Assembly (NCBI GenBank): GCA_963806855.1
Contig: CAWDYW010000003.1
Span: 96,001-160,000, forward strand
Source of the DNA: an uncultured Verrucomicrobiae bacterium
GTDB lineage: Bacteria; Chlamydiota; Chlamydiia; Chlamydiales; Rhabdochlamydiaceae
Reading direction: 5' to 3'
Length of the DNA stretch: 64,000 nt
The notes beneath the pieces were generated by a model. The model was not told where the DNA came from and searched no databases. It saw only the letters and a list, made by a program, of their open reading frames with translations. Of the stretch, positions 31,147 through 41,594 are shown piece by piece (within the stretch, counting starts at the first letter, position 1; every line of letters starts with the position of its first letter). The position numbers and the translations under genes are program-made.

Positions 31147-32208
31147 ATGTCTCTTTTTAAAGCTTATATTAAAATCGGTGAAAATCGTTATCGTGAAAAT
31201 TTCGGTTTAAGCTTTGAAGAATTTCAAATACGTCAAAAATTCAAACATCGTCCTGGCGTAACCATCAGCCAGCAGGATAATAAAGATGAAGCATTAGATA
31301 CCATTAATAATGCACAATTACATTATGATGAGCATTACGCTGAACAAACCGAGTGGGAAAAATGTCTAGGGGTCAGTACGCTCACTTTGCAAAATGTAAT
31401 TGGCATGACATGGAAAACTTTTGGCAGAAAACAACGGATTATTAGCTATGATGATATTTCAATGACTCATCCGGTCTATGGCGGTGACACTCTATACGCT
31501 GAATCTGAAATCATCAGCAAAGATGAATGTCCTCAAGATTCCAATTTAGGCATTTTACATATTGCAACTCAAGGCCTTAATCAACATGGTGACGTTGTTT
31601 CTAAAATTCAATACCAGATGCTAGTCTATAAAGCAGGCAAACATCCATTAGATAAAAAACTAACCAGTGCCGCTTTTGATTTAAAAGATGAAAAATTTTC
31701 ATTATATCGTCAATTGTCTGATGGTCGTTATATTGAACAAATAGGAATCCCTTATGAAGAGCTCGAAATTGGAGAGACTTACGAGCATAGGCCTGAAAAA
31801 ACTTTTACTGCCGAAGAAACCAGAATCCACTCACTGAGATCATTAGATTGGAACCCGCAATATGCCGATTTTAATTACGCTGAAAAGTTTCTCGACGGCA
31901 AAATTCCTGTTAATGAAACCTTTCTCATCGGAGCAATAACTGCACTAACCACACGCACCTTTGGTCGCGTCGTTGCCAATTTACAATGGAAAAATATTAA
32001 ACTCCCCTCATTAGTATACGCGGGAGATACAGTTTGTGCAGAATCAACTATTTTGTCGAAACGGGAGTCCAAATCTCGCCCCGAGCAAGGCATCATGGCA
32101 GCAACTACAAAATCTTTCAACCAACACGGCGAATTAGTTTGTTCTTACGAGCGGCATTTTTTGGTTTATAAAAAAGGTGTTGGACCTTATAGCGCTGCGG
32201 GCTATTAG
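31147..32208 (+). CDS. ripB: Tandem MaoC-family dehydratase, probable itaconyl-CoA hydratase
   Basis: Two RipB-like repeats (RY.E..G..(F/Y)EE...HRP..T; GDT..AES.I..K). Confidence 0.75.
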   Translation: MSLFKAYIKIGENRYRENFGLSFEEFQIRQKFKHRPGVTISQQDNKDEALDTINNAQLHYDEHYAEQTEWEKCLGVSTLTLQNVIGMTWKTFGRKQRIISYDDISMTHPVYGGDTLYAESEIISKDECPQDSNLGILHIATQGLNQHGDVVSKIQYQMLVYKAGKHPLDKKLTSAAFDLKDEKFSLYRQLSDGRYIEQIGIPYEELEIGETYEHRPEKTFTAEETRIHSLRSLDWNPQYADFNYAEKFLDGKIPVNETFLIGAITALTTRTFGRVVANLQWKNIKLPSLVYAGDTVCAESTILSKRESKSRPEQGIMAATTKSFNQHGELVCSYERHFLVYKKGVGPYSAAGY

Positions 32209-32226
32209 AATATACAAGGAGCATTA

Positions 32227-33540
32227 ATGACTTATCAATCCGAATATCAATCCAAACTAACAACACCTGAGAAAGCTGTTCAGCTTATTCCTTCACGCGG
32301 CAATATTTCATTAGGAATGGCTGTCAGTGAACCTCCTGCATTATTGAGTGCGTTAGAAAAAAGTATTCTAGCAGGAAGAATTGATGAATTGCGAGTGTAT
32401 TACATGCATTCCGAAGAGCAAATGCATGAGACTATTTTGAAATATGAATACATGGATAGAATAAAACCTCATCCATTTTATATGGGATCTATTGAACGAG
32501 ATCTTGTACTTCAAGGGTTAAAAGAGAAAAAAAAGGCAATATTTTATATGCCTGGGAATTTCAGCAGCGTTCCCGCCATATTGGATGAAATAGGAATTGA
32601 TGTGTTCTTAGTAACGGTATCGCCTATGGATAAAGCGGGATTTTTTAGCTGCGGAACAAATTCAGATTATACTATCCCAATAGCAAGAAATGCTAAAAAA
32701 CTCATCGTGGAAGTCAATCCCAATATGCCCCGAGTGTTTGGAGATTGCTTCTTACATATTTCTGAAATTGATGCCATTGTTGAAAATGAATGCCCTTTAA
32801 AAGAAATTCTAGCGAGGCCGACTAATGACTTGGATCGGAAAATAGGGAAATTAATTGTAGAACTGGTACCTGATCGCGCAACAGTGCAATTTGGTGTAGG
32901 TGGCGTGCCAAATGCAGTTTGTGAAATGTTATTTGATCATAAAGATTTAGGTGTACATAGCGAATTAATCGGTCCAGGATTAACAAAGCTTATTCAATCA
33001 GGAGCCGTCACGAATAAATATAAAAAAATCCATCCAAATAAAAACGTTTATACTTTAGCTATGGGCGATAAAGAAATGTATGAATTCCTTGATAATAATT
33101 CTAGTATGGAAGCTTATCCGGTTAACTTTGTTAATGATCCTTACATCATCGGCCAAAATGATAATGTCATTTCAATTAACTCATTTTTACAGGTAGATCT
33201 TATGGGGCAAGTCAATGCGGAATTTATGAAAGGACGACAGTATAGTGCCCCAGGAGGACAACTAGATTTTGTTCGTGGTTCGCAACTCTCAAAAGGGGGC
33301 AAGTCTATTTTGACTGCCTATTCTACTGCTGCAAAAGGAAAAATTTCTCGGATCGTACCAAAGCTTGAAGGACCGTCTACGGAATCTCGCGGTGATACAC
33401 AATATATTGTCACAGAATATGGTGTCGTTAACTTACGTGGAAAGTCTACAGCAGAGCGCACTATGGCCCTGATTCAAATTGCCCACCCTGATTTCAGAGA
33501 TGAACTATTACGAGAAGCAAAGGAACTGGGATATATATAG
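32227..33540 (+). CDS. ripA: 4-hydroxybutyrate-type CoA-transferase, probable itaconate CoA-transferase
   Basis: KLTTPEKAV, EPPALL, LRVYY, VSPMD, EVNPNMPR, HSE, GGQLDFVRG. Confidence 0.82.
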   Translation: MTYQSEYQSKLTTPEKAVQLIPSRGNISLGMAVSEPPALLSALEKSILAGRIDELRVYYMHSEEQMHETILKYEYMDRIKPHPFYMGSIERDLVLQGLKEKKKAIFYMPGNFSSVPAILDEIGIDVFLVTVSPMDKAGFFSCGTNSDYTIPIARNAKKLIVEVNPNMPRVFGDCFLHISEIDAIVENECPLKEILARPTNDLDRKIGKLIVELVPDRATVQFGVGGVPNAVCEMLFDHKDLGVHSELIGPGLTKLIQSGAVTNKYKKIHPNKNVYTLAMGDKEMYEFLDNNSSMEAYPVNFVNDPYIIGQNDNVISINSFLQVDLMGQVNAEFMKGRQYSAPGGQLDFVRGSQLSKGGKSILTAYSTAAKGKISRIVPKLEGPSTESRGDTQYIVTEYGVVNLRGKSTAERTMALIQIAHPDFRDELLREAKELGYI

Positions 33541-33547
33541 AAGAATT

Positions 33548-33690
33548 TTAGAAATTGCGGAAGAGATTGGTTTTTGCCAGCTCGATAATCTCGCTGCCCC
33601 TTCCATTCAAGACAGCCTTGGCCATCCAAATATTGAATCCCACGACATCTTTAAGGGTAATTTTCGGCGGCATCGACAGTTCGAATCGAA
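33548..33690 (-). pseudogene. poxB: Pyruvate oxidase (PoxB) C-terminal remnant
   Basis: ELSMPPKITLKDVVGFNIWMAKAVLNGRGSEIIELAKTNLFR* resembles the PoxB C-terminus; no upstream coding part. Confidence 0.75.
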
Positions 33691-33801
33691 CACATTATAT
33701 TTCTCCTCTGCTATCAGAAAGAAAGGGGTAATTATATAGTTGCAAACCATGTATTACAACAGAAGAGGGTATACTGCTCCCCACTAAGACAAAAAGGAGT
33801 C

Positions 33802-33966
33802 TATTAACCCGAGCCCCAAATAGATGACAATATGCGCCAGCGAGGCAAAGCAAAATCGATTCCCCAATCGCAGGACAGTGTTCTCGTACCACGAACTGCA
33901 ATTGGGGAATCGATTTGGCAAAGCCGCAGCAAGCAGATTGTCACCTATTTGGGGCTCGGGTTAATA
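33802..33966. mobile_element. Palindromic MITE/RPE-like element, family C
   Basis: tattaacccgagccccaaata ... tatttggggctcgggttaata; inner aaatcgattccccaat/attggggaatcgattt. Confidence 0.85.
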
Positions 33967-34062
33967 AACAGGTGATCTTTAGGATGTTAGAAAGAATAGG
34001 ATTCATTTAACAGATTGATTGTTAAGCATTTAAATTGACTGGCTGGATCTGGATTGCACGGT

Positions 34063-34092
34063 TTGACAGGAAATAGACAAACAGTATACAAT
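34063..34092 (+). promoter_or_regulatory. Sigma70-type promoter with no downstream plus-strand gene
   Basis: TTGACA-N18-TACAAT. Confidence 0.65.
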
Positions 34093-34097
34093 GAAGA

Positions 34098-34162
34098 TTG
34101 TTCATCTACCATGTGTAGAAGGAATTTGGGGCCCGTCTAAACAGCGGAGCCCTCTTTTTTTT
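34098..34162 (+). ncRNA. Putative small RNA convergent on the nuclease gene
   Basis: Own promoter, bulged hairpin ttc-a-tctac-catgt-gtaga-ag-gaa, terminator gggcccg/cggagccc plus T run. Confidence 0.55.
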
Positions 34163-34658
34163 GTCCTGAAAAACTCTCAAATTCTTTTCTTAGCTTTTCT
34201 CTGCGGCGCGGCTTTTCCAGGTGATATGCTGTTACCAGATCGAAGCCTTTCCGAGTTTCAGCTATCACAACGATGTAGCTGAAATTATCGAGAGCAAAAT
34301 TGATCCTTCGCTGTTTTTGGTTCTTCCATGGACGAGTTGTTTCCCAAATCTCAACTCTCATAGGGTTTACATTTTCAATCATCGGTCTCGGCCAATGAAT
34401 TCTTTCGCAACGTCTTAAATCGGGTATTCTCTCTGACTCCTGGCTCCCCTCAGATACAAGATGCCAAAAAGTTGCCCCTTTTTCTTCATAGGGAGGATGG
34501 TATCTTGCAAAGACAGGAATTTTCTGAAAAGAGGGCTTACTCTCTACGAAATCTTTATGGAAGCACTGATAGACAACATTAATGTAAGCATTCCAATTGC
34601 CTTTGTAATTTTCGAACAAAATCAGCTCGGGGAGCCAAAAGGGGATTTCATCATCCAT
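34137..34658 (-). CDS. Hypothetical protein, BECR/PBECR-like ribonuclease candidate
   Basis: FWHL, DLRRCERIHW...IE, YIVVI, LVTAY; ATG at 34658 overlaps the upstream stop. Confidence 0.6.
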   Translation of the reverse strand: MDDEIPFWLPELILFENYKGNWNAYINVVYQCFHKDFVESKPSFQKIPVFARYHPPYEEKGATFWHLVSEGSQESERIPDLRRCERIHWPRPMIENVNPMRVEIWETTRPWKNQKQRRINFALDNFSYIVVIAETRKGFDLVTAYHLEKPRRREKLRKEFESFSGQKKEGSAV

Positions 34659-35361
34659 CGTTGGCCTCACCGGCTTGCCATCGCAGTAGATTGACCTTTC
34701 TTTCCCGAATAAGCGTTGTGCTGGTAAGGCAATATCCTGAAAGCTGCCGCATCTCTTCCACTAGCGCTTTTTTCGCTCCACTCATCGCACCATTCCTGTT
34801 CGCTGCTAACACACATCCAATGAGAAGGTCTGCCAATTGCAACTGCTCGATTTCATGGGAACGAACAGTCTGTACCCGTGCAATGATTTGGCGTTGGAAA
34901 TCATAGGCATTATTACATAGGACATCATGGAGCTTTATTACTTTTTCTCCTGATTTCGAGTCTTTGATATCGAGATAAATGTGATAACGGTCATGGGGAT
35001 TAAGAAGGACTTTAAGCATTTCAAAGTACATTTTGTAGTACCAGGTGTCATGATCATGGTTGAAAGCATCATGACGAAGCTTCAGTTTGTCAGGGATGAT
35101 CAGAGCACGAAAGTAAAGGCTGTTTTCCTCAAAGAAGTAACTTAATACATCCAAATAGAAATCGATCTTTGCAGGAGAAACCTTTGTCCACTTGATTTCA
35201 AAGGTCGGGCTTAAATCGTGTTTTTTCTTAATCGCCTTGATCTGTTTAGCAATGCCCCTTGAAAGGTCATTGGGGCACCAGACAGCTCCCAGGAGCATTA
35301 CTTGCTGCTGGTCATTTTCCAAGTGGCATGATTCATCGCAGTAAATGTTAAAAACTTTCAT
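34651..35361 (-). CDS. DUF3800 domain protein (RNase H-like)
   Basis: IYCDESCHL, EIKWTK, YLD, LQLADLLIG. Confidence 0.85.
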   Translation of the reverse strand: MKVFNIYCDESCHLENDQQQVMLLGAVWCPNDLSRGIAKQIKAIKKKHDLSPTFEIKWTKVSPAKIDFYLDVLSYFFEENSLYFRALIIPDKLKLRHDAFNHDHDTWYYKMYFEMLKVLLNPHDRYHIYLDIKDSKSGEKVIKLHDVLCNNAYDFQRQIIARVQTVRSHEIEQLQLADLLIGCVLAANRNGAMSGAKKALVEEMRQLSGYCLTSTTLIRERKVNLLRWQAGEANDG

Positions 35362-35397
35362 CTTTTTCTTTAAGGAACTGTTTTCAAATGGCGATTT

Positions 35398-35487
35398 TAT
35401 ACCCCACCTCGCCCAGAAGTGTGCATTTGGACCCGTACGAAAGCTCTCGCGGGTCCAAATGCACACTTTTGGGCGAGGCGGAGTATA
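35398..35487. mobile_element. Palindromic MITE, family D (copy 1)
   Basis: 90-bp TA-bounded hairpin, homologous to 51352..51441. Confidence 0.9.
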
Positions 35488-35518
35488 ACACGAACAGGCA
35501 AAAATGGGAATGAAGAGT

Positions 35519-35547
35519 TATACCGAAACAACTTGAAGAATCGGTTT
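35519..35547. repeat. Single terminal IR of family A element
   Basis: tataccgaaacaacttgaagaatcggttt. Confidence 0.75.
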
Positions 35548-35601
35548 CTTCTTTCTTAAAATCCCTTGGAAGCAATCCTGTGCGGGATTAGATTCTGTGT
35601 T

Positions 35602-36684
35602 TCAATTTCCGTATTTAATCCAGATGGGAAGCATGGTATTTAAGTAGTCCATGAACTTCCAAAGGCCCACCCGATATTCTCGATTGCCAAGTGGATCAAA
35701 TTGGGCTTGAGGGTATGCGATTCCAAGGCCAAAAAGACCAGGTGCAATAATACCGGTTGTCTCTTGATAATTAGCGCCTGGGAATTGTTCTAGAACAGGC
35801 GTTTTGCGTCGTTCGAATCCGACTGCATAGACCACCTTATTGCAAAGCGCTAGCACCTCCTCAAATGTCTTATCTGAACTGAGGCAGCGTTTGAGATTTT
35901 GAGGTAGAGTGTCGTCAAGATGTTGCTGAGCCCACTTGGCTGCTGATCCTTTGAGTCCGACGTTATCGAATAGTATCCAATCCCCTAACTCCACCGCATA
36001 AATATGGGGGGAGCGATAGAAGTTATGAACTATTTTAGGTTTTAAGTGCAGCAAATTGGCAAGGACGAGTATCGCAGAGTGTGACGAGCCAAATACCCCT
36101 ACTACATCTTGAGGATCGATCTCTTGGGCCAATTTGGCTGGATTCAATGCGATTTCAAGCGGAATAACCGAGGGATGTGCAAAGGGAAGAAGTTTGGTTT
36201 CTGCACCTATGCACAGGATGACTTTTTTTGCTCGGATCAAAGAGGTCTTAAGTTTTACTTCCCACCATCCTCCCTCAAGGTTAAGAGCTACGGCCTCTCC
36301 TTGGATTGTTCGTACAACAGAAGTGAGATGGTCGGTAACCCATTGCAAAGGGTCGGCGATCTTTTTGAGAAGACATGTATCATCGGGAGGGAGCTCGTTG
36401 ATCGGGAATTTTTCTTTGCATTCTTTATAGCGAAATGAGCGGCAATCATTGAGAAATCGGAGGAATAAATCAACCTTAGTATTGCTTGGAACATTGTGCC
36501 ATTTTTCGCCGAGATCCCCGACCCGAAAAGCGGGGTCTAGCCAACCAATCTGATCTCTTGGGATCTCATGATCGAGTAGCTTTCCAATGGCAGCAATACC
36601 CGCAGGCCCCGCCCCAATTACAAGCCAATCGAAGACTCCACTAGCGATTCCATTGGCAGTTTCTAAGCCAATATTTTTATACAT
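35602..36684 (-). CDS. FAD/NAD(P)-binding oxidoreductase
   Basis: VIGAGPAG; second Rossmann-like GSSHSA. Confidence 0.8.
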   Translation of the reverse strand: MYKNIGLETANGIASGVFDWLVIGAGPAGIAAIGKLLDHEIPRDQIGWLDPAFRVGDLGEKWHNVPSNTKVDLFLRFLNDCRSFRYKECKEKFPINELPPDDTCLLKKIADPLQWVTDHLTSVVRTIQGEAVALNLEGGWWEVKLKTSLIRAKKVILCIGAETKLLPFAHPSVIPLEIALNPAKLAQEIDPQDVVGVFGSSHSAILVLANLLHLKPKIVHNFYRSPHIYAVELGDWILFDNVGLKGSAAKWAQQHLDDTLPQNLKRCLSSDKTFEEVLALCNKVVYAVGFERRKTPVLEQFPGANYQETTGIIAPGLFGLGIAYPQAQFDPLGNREYRVGLWKFMDYLNTMLPIWIKYGN

Positions 36685-37432
36685 CCGATGATTCTCCTAA
36701 ATAATCATGAACCACGCGGCCGTAAGGAAGCGTCAGATCGCTGAGAATATGGACGGCAGAGACTATTCGTCTGACGGGTAAGTCTGCAATAGGTGCCATG
36801 GCATGTGCAACGAGCTCCAATTCGGCAGGTCCTTCCCATGCCCCCTTAATCTTAACCTCGGTCAAATAATGAGAAACCAGTTCGCAAATACGGGCTGTTC
36901 CATCGACATGCGGGATGATTTTTAGCAGATAGTTGGGCGTCTCGGTAAAGTCTCTTTCGATCGCTTTCAGATCAGCTGTTTTATACTTATAGCCCATTGT
37001 GCCCAAGGCGATACGGACTCCTTGGTAATACAACTCTCCAATAAGGACATCGCTATCCACCCGCAGAGAGGGTTTGGCCAGCGTTTTGGGAAACCCCCAA
37101 ATTTCTCGGCCTGCAGCGATCGGGGGCTCGCTATCTAAGTACATCGAATGGACATAATTGCCCGGCTTGCCTTCGTAATGGACGGGGATGACTTGCCCCG
37201 ATTCGGTGTAATCCCCAAATCCGCTTGAATCTGGCATTCGGATAAATTCGTATTTAACTAGGGGCTTAGTCACTTCCAATGGCTCTGGCACAACGGCTTT
37301 CAGCTTATCTAAATCCGTTTCATAGGTGATGATGAGAAACTCTCGGTTGATAAATCGGTAAGGCCCAGGTGGATAAGTCGGGCAGCAAAAGGGCATCGCA
37401 AAGGCATTTTTTTTGATCTGATTGATCTTCAC
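36677..37432 (-). CDS. adc: Acetoacetate decarboxylase
   Basis: [27 protein letters not shown] start overlapping the bdhA stop. Confidence 0.93.
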   Translation of the reverse strand: MKINQIKKNAFAMPFCCPTYPPGPYRFINREFLIITYETDLDKLKAVVPEPLEVTKPLVKYEFIRMPDSSGFGDYTESGQVIPVHYEGKPGNYVHSMYLDSEPPIAAGREIWGFPKTLAKPSLRVDSDVLIGELYYQGVRIALGTMGYKYKTADLKAIERDFTETPNYLLKIIPHVDGTARICELVSHYLTEVKIKGAWEGPAELELVAHAMAPIADLPVRRIVSAVHILSDLTLPYGRVVHDYLGESSDV

Positions 37433-38211
37433 TGCATGCACCATCCATGGCTGACGATCAGCGACTGCCCAGTCAGGGCATTTGAATCGAAAGAGGCAAA
37501 GAAAAAGACCGCGTTAGCTACATCTTCTTCAGTTGTAAATTCTCCATCGACAGTTTCTTTGAGCATCATCTCTTTGATGACCCGCTCCTCGCTTATCCCC
37601 AATGTCTTCGCCTGCTCAGGGATTTGTTTATCGACAAGCGGTGTCCTAACGAATCCAGGGCAGATGAGGTTAGCTCGGACGCCATGTGCAGCACCTTCCT
37701 TAGCAACCACTTTACAAAGACCTTCTAAGCCATGTTTTGCAGTCACATAAGGCCCTTTTAGGACTGAGGCTTCTTTCGAATGGACAGAGCCGATGTAAAT
37801 AATGGTTCCCCCGCGGTTGCCCGAATACATGGAGCGCAGACAAGCCCGAGTGGTTAAGAAGGCTCCATCTAAGTGAACCGCCATCATTTTTTTCCAATCA
37901 CTGAGCTTCAGCTTGTCGATTGGGTCGATATGCTGAATACCTGCATTGCTCACCAAGACATCGATAGGGCCGAGCGTATTTGTGATTTCCTCAATACCCT
38001 GGTCAACTTGAGACTCTTGCGTGACATCCATGGCAACGGAAATCGCCTTCCCGCCATGACGAGTCAGCTCTTCAGCCGCAGCCGCTGCGCGGTTCTTATC
38101 GAGATCGGCAATGACGACCACAGCCCCCTCTTGAAGAAATTTCTCTGCGATCTTTTTCCCGATGCCGCTTGCTGCGCCGGTCACTAGGACTATTTTATTT
38201 GCTAATTTCAT
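37429..38211 (-). CDS. bdhA: D-3-hydroxybutyrate dehydrogenase
   Basis: [36 protein letters not shown]. Confidence 0.93.
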   Translation of the reverse strand: MKLANKIVLVTGAASGIGKKIAEKFLQEGAVVVIADLDKNRAAAAAEELTRHGGKAISVAMDVTQESQVDQGIEEITNTLGPIDVLVSNAGIQHIDPIDKLKLSDWKKMMAVHLDGAFLTTRACLRSMYSGNRGGTIIYIGSVHSKEASVLKGPYVTAKHGLEGLCKVVAKEGAAHGVRANLICPGFVRTPLVDKQIPEQAKTLGISEERVIKEMMLKETVDGEFTTEEDVANAVFFFASFDSNALTGQSLIVSHGWCMQ

Positions 38212-38253
38212 TGTCTTGCATATAAACAAGATTACAAATCTGCACAAGTTGAT

Positions 38254-38682
38254 TTATTGGGCATTAAACTTGGCGGCGAGCATTCCTATGGTGACATAGG
38301 CCAGCAGGTAAAAGACAGCATCGAGCCAGAACATCTCGAGAGGCTTTTTCCCAAAAAGAACTGGTGCAAGGATCGTGGGTAAAATAAACCCCGCCCAAAG
38401 GATCACTCCAATAAGAAAGCCCGAGGCGATCGTTGTGGCCCGGGTGAGATTTAAAAGACATCCCATCGCATAAGCGACGAGCAGTGCGCTGATGAAGGAC
38501 CCGAGATAGACTTGGATTGGGACCCCGTCAGCCTTTTTTTGCATGTGGCTAGTTAAATCTGGCCATAACCTTCCCAGAATCCACCGGCTGTAAATAATCA
38601 GACCAAGCAACATATAAGAGATAATTCCCAGCACAACTCCGATGGGATTGACTTTTAGCCATATATTCATGGGGTCGATCAT
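38254..38682 (-). CDS. DUF1761-like membrane protein
   Basis: Four hydrophobic helices, LG.IIYS..ILG..W pattern. Confidence 0.7.
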   Translation of the reverse strand: MIDPMNIWLKVNPIGVVLGIISYMLLGLIIYSRWILGRLWPDLTSHMQKKADGVPIQVYLGSFISALLVAYAMGCLLNLTRATTIASGFLIGVILWAGFILPTILAPVLFGKKPLEMFWLDAVFYLLAYVTIGMLAAKFNAQ

Positions 38683-38743
38683 AATCTAAAGTTTTAATTT
38701 TGCCATTAAAATTTCATTTTCAAGTAATATAGACGGCATGTCA
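38340..38743. repeat. 404-bp direct repeat (copy at 40006..40409)
   Basis: Near-identical DUF1761 5' part, intergenic region and ATGTCA. Confidence 0.95.
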
Positions 38744-38835
38744 GATTTGACTATATTAAATCACAAAATTTTCGACGCCTTTAGAAGGGTTTGGCTTTCT
38801 ATTACCTTTCTGATTACTTTATTTAGGAGATTTGC

Positions 38836-39863
38836 ATGCAAAAATGTTGCAGTGTTGTCAGCGCTTCATCAACACGTCTATTCCCTTCTCTACAAGCTAC
38901 AACGCGAGTCGCGATTGATGTTGGATCTAGCGGTATGAAAGTCACTGCTGCTAAAATTAAAGATTGTCGTATAGAAGACATCTGTTTTTCAAAGGCTTAT
39001 CCAGATTCCTTTTAAGCGCGAGTTGATGATTAGCGGCACAACACAATTTAGTGCAGCTATTCAAAAATTAGCCTTGGAAACATTAAAGGCAATAAAACAA
39101 GATGTAATTAAATATCAACCTCAAGAATGGGCTGCTATAGCGACGGCTGCTTTTAGGTCAGCCGAAAATTCATTGGAACTTTTTGACAAATTTCATGAGC
39201 AACTTGGCATTAGTGTTGCTATCATTCCCCAGCAAAGAGAAGGTCGTCTTGGCTTTTTAACTGCTCAGACAGTCACTGGAATTCCAAAAGAAAATCTTAT
39301 TTCTCTTGACTCTGGATTAGGTAGTTTCCAATTGACAACTGAAATTAATGGAGATCTTGAAGTTGTCGAAAGTGAATTTGCTTTTTTGTCAGCTCTTTCT
39401 TCATTAGTAAAAGAGGTTCGTGGCCAAGTTTTAGATCAAACTTCTTCCCCAAATCCTGTTTCACTTGAGGAAGCTAAGGCTCTTATCAGCATAATAAAAA
39501 AACGTATGCCGAAAATTTCATGTGAATTTGCAAGAAAACTATACGATGTGAATTCTCGCCTTGTTGGAATTGGAAATCAAAATTTCATATTTGCCATTGC
39601 AGCTTTAGCAATAGGTAAAGCAACTTATACGAAAAGATGAGTTGTGGGCGGCAATTGAAGCGCATTGCGGTTTGACAGATCGAGAGATGCAAAAATTCTA
39701 TAAACCTGAAGATGCGATTGTTGGTATGATTCTCCTCTACAGTATTATGGATGGCCTCGGAATTGATCAATTGACCTATGCCTTTGCTAACGGCTGCTGT
39801 GAAGGCATGTTAGTAGATCCAAGCTTTTGGCCGATCCAAAAACTAGAACATGATAATAAATAA
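38836..39863 (+). pseudogene. Ppx/GppA-family phosphatase, frameshifted
   Basis: AIDVGS, ATAAFR.A.N, EGRLGF, DSG.GS.Q split over three frames (breaks near 39005 and 39635). Confidence 0.8.
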
Positions 39864-39886
39864 ATCCTGATACTTGCGTTTGCTGT

Positions 39887-40348
39887 GCCCCGTTACCCTG
39901 ATCGACAGCAAGTGTATTCCGGACATTTCTCAAAATGGTGAAATAGATGTTGAGAAGTAATGCAATACCGAACATCTGGAAAAAAATGGGCCGGTTCCAG
40001 CTCATGAGGCTTTTCCCCAAATAGAACTGGCGCAAGGATCGTGGGTAAAATGAACCCCGCCCAAAGGATCACCCCAATAAGAAAGCCCGAGGCGATCGAT
40101 GTGGCCCGTGTGAGATTTAAAAGACATCCCATCGCATAAGCGATGAGGAATGCGCTGATGAAGGACCCGAGATAGACCTGGATTGGGACCCCTTCAGCCT
40201 TTTTTTGCATGTGGCTTGTTAAATCTGGCCATAACCTTCCCAGAATCTACCGGCTGTAAACAATCAGACCAAGCAGCATATAAGAGATAATTCCGAGCAC
40301 AACACCGATGGGATTGACTTTTAGCCATATATTCATGGGGTCGATCAT
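39887..40348 (-). pseudogene. Chimeric remnant: DUF1761 5' part fused to NTT 5' part
   Basis: 40348-40006 copies DUF1761 with a TGG>TAG stop; 40010-39887 copies 42849-42726. Confidence 0.9.
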
Positions 40349-40403
40349 AATCTAAAGTTTTAATTTTGCCATTAAAATTTCATTTTCAAGTAATATAGAC
40401 GGC

Positions 40404-41594
40404 ATGTCATATGAGATAGTAATGCCGAGAACAGTTGGTGAGGTGGACTTATTTGCTAAGTATGCTCTAGAGGATTTGGAACAGGCTGAGAAGACGATTC
40501 AGAATTCTCAAGGTCCTGTATTGAACCCTTCTAACCATAGACTTATGCAAAATTGCGCTTTGAAAACCACTCTTCTGGGGTGTCTCGCGCTTCCATCTAT
40601 TACTTTACCGATTTCGGTTAAGGAATCTGCTGGCAAACACGCAGAAACTCTTAGGCAACGATATGTAACTTTTTTAAAGAGCCTGCCAGAATCTTCAATG
40701 CCTAGACCTCAGGTTACTTGTGTCAAAGGACTGGCAGCTTCGAAGCCCTTTCCAGGGGATCGTAAAATCAGTGTATTAAGCTGGAACATCTGCTGTTTGG
40801 GAGGCGGCCTCCCGATGCTTTTTGGAGGAGCCCGCCCCTGGCCTGAGAGAATTAATGGAATTGCAGGTCAAATTCTAGCAAAAAAGGCAGATATCGTTTG
40901 TCTTCAGGAGGTATTTTCTGAGGATGTCACCGATGCGCTTTATGATCGCCTCAAAGATAAATATGCTCACTTCTATCTAAATATCGGCCCAAGAGAATAT
41001 TCATTTGATCTGGAAAAAATTGGGAGGCTTTCTAGCGGCCTTTTTGTTGCGAGTAAATATCCACTTGATAACCCCCGTTTTTATCCTTATGACCTGGCAA
41101 AAAGAGAAACCGAAGCCGTGCGTGGATATGGGATTTTCATGGGAGATCTTTTCAATCGGGTATGTATTGCTACCTCCCATCTTCAACCAGGGGATTCCAA
41201 AGAGGATAGAAAGATAAGAACTAATCAACTTGCAGCAGTATATGGGCAGGCCCCTAATACTCCGACTTGCCTATTTGCGGATACCAATATCAACAATGGA
41301 AGTGATGAATATGAGCAAGAGATAATTCCTCGATTTATCAACCATTACAACCGTTCAGAAAAAGACTGGACCTGTTGCGAACTTAGAGAGGCTTGGCTCC
41401 ATCCAGATCAATACTCAAAAGCTTTGGCAGAGGGATCTCTTCCTTTTCGACATATTGATGCGATTTTAGAAATTAAACGAGATGGGCCTCCGCTCGAAAC
41501 AAAATGTGAAGTGGTTCCAGTAGGAGAATTGGATTGCCCAGAAAAGGCCCTTTCCGATCACCGAGCCCTCTATTCTACAATTAATTTACCTTGA
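40404..41594 (+). CDS. Endonuclease/exonuclease/phosphatase family protein (sphingomyelinase-like)
   Basis: LSWN, DIVCLQEVF, SSGL..ASKYP, SHLQ, DTN, ID, LSDH. Confidence 0.85.
   Translation: MSYEIVMPRTVGEVDLFAKYALEDLEQAEKTIQNSQGPVLNPSNHRLMQNCALKTTLLGCLALPSITLPISVKESAGKHAETLRQRYVTFLKSLPESSMPRPQVTCVKGLAASKPFPGDRKISVLSWNICCLGGGLPMLFGGARPWPERINGIAGQILAKKADIVCLQEVFSEDVTDALYDRLKDKYAHFYLNIGPREYSFDLEKIGRLSSGLFVASKYPLDNPRFYPYDLAKRETEAVRGYGIFMGDLFNRVCIATSHLQPGDSKEDRKIRTNQLAAVYGQAPNTPTCLFADTNINNGSDEYEQEIIPRFINHYNRSEKDWTCCELREAWLHPDQYSKALAEGSLPFRHIDAILEIKRDGPPLETKCEVVPVGELDCPEKALSDHRALYSTINLP

Noticed and set aside
35362..35466. N-terminal extension of the DUF3800 ORF
   Set aside because: Mostly derived from the family-D MITE; the domain starts at MKVFNIYCDES
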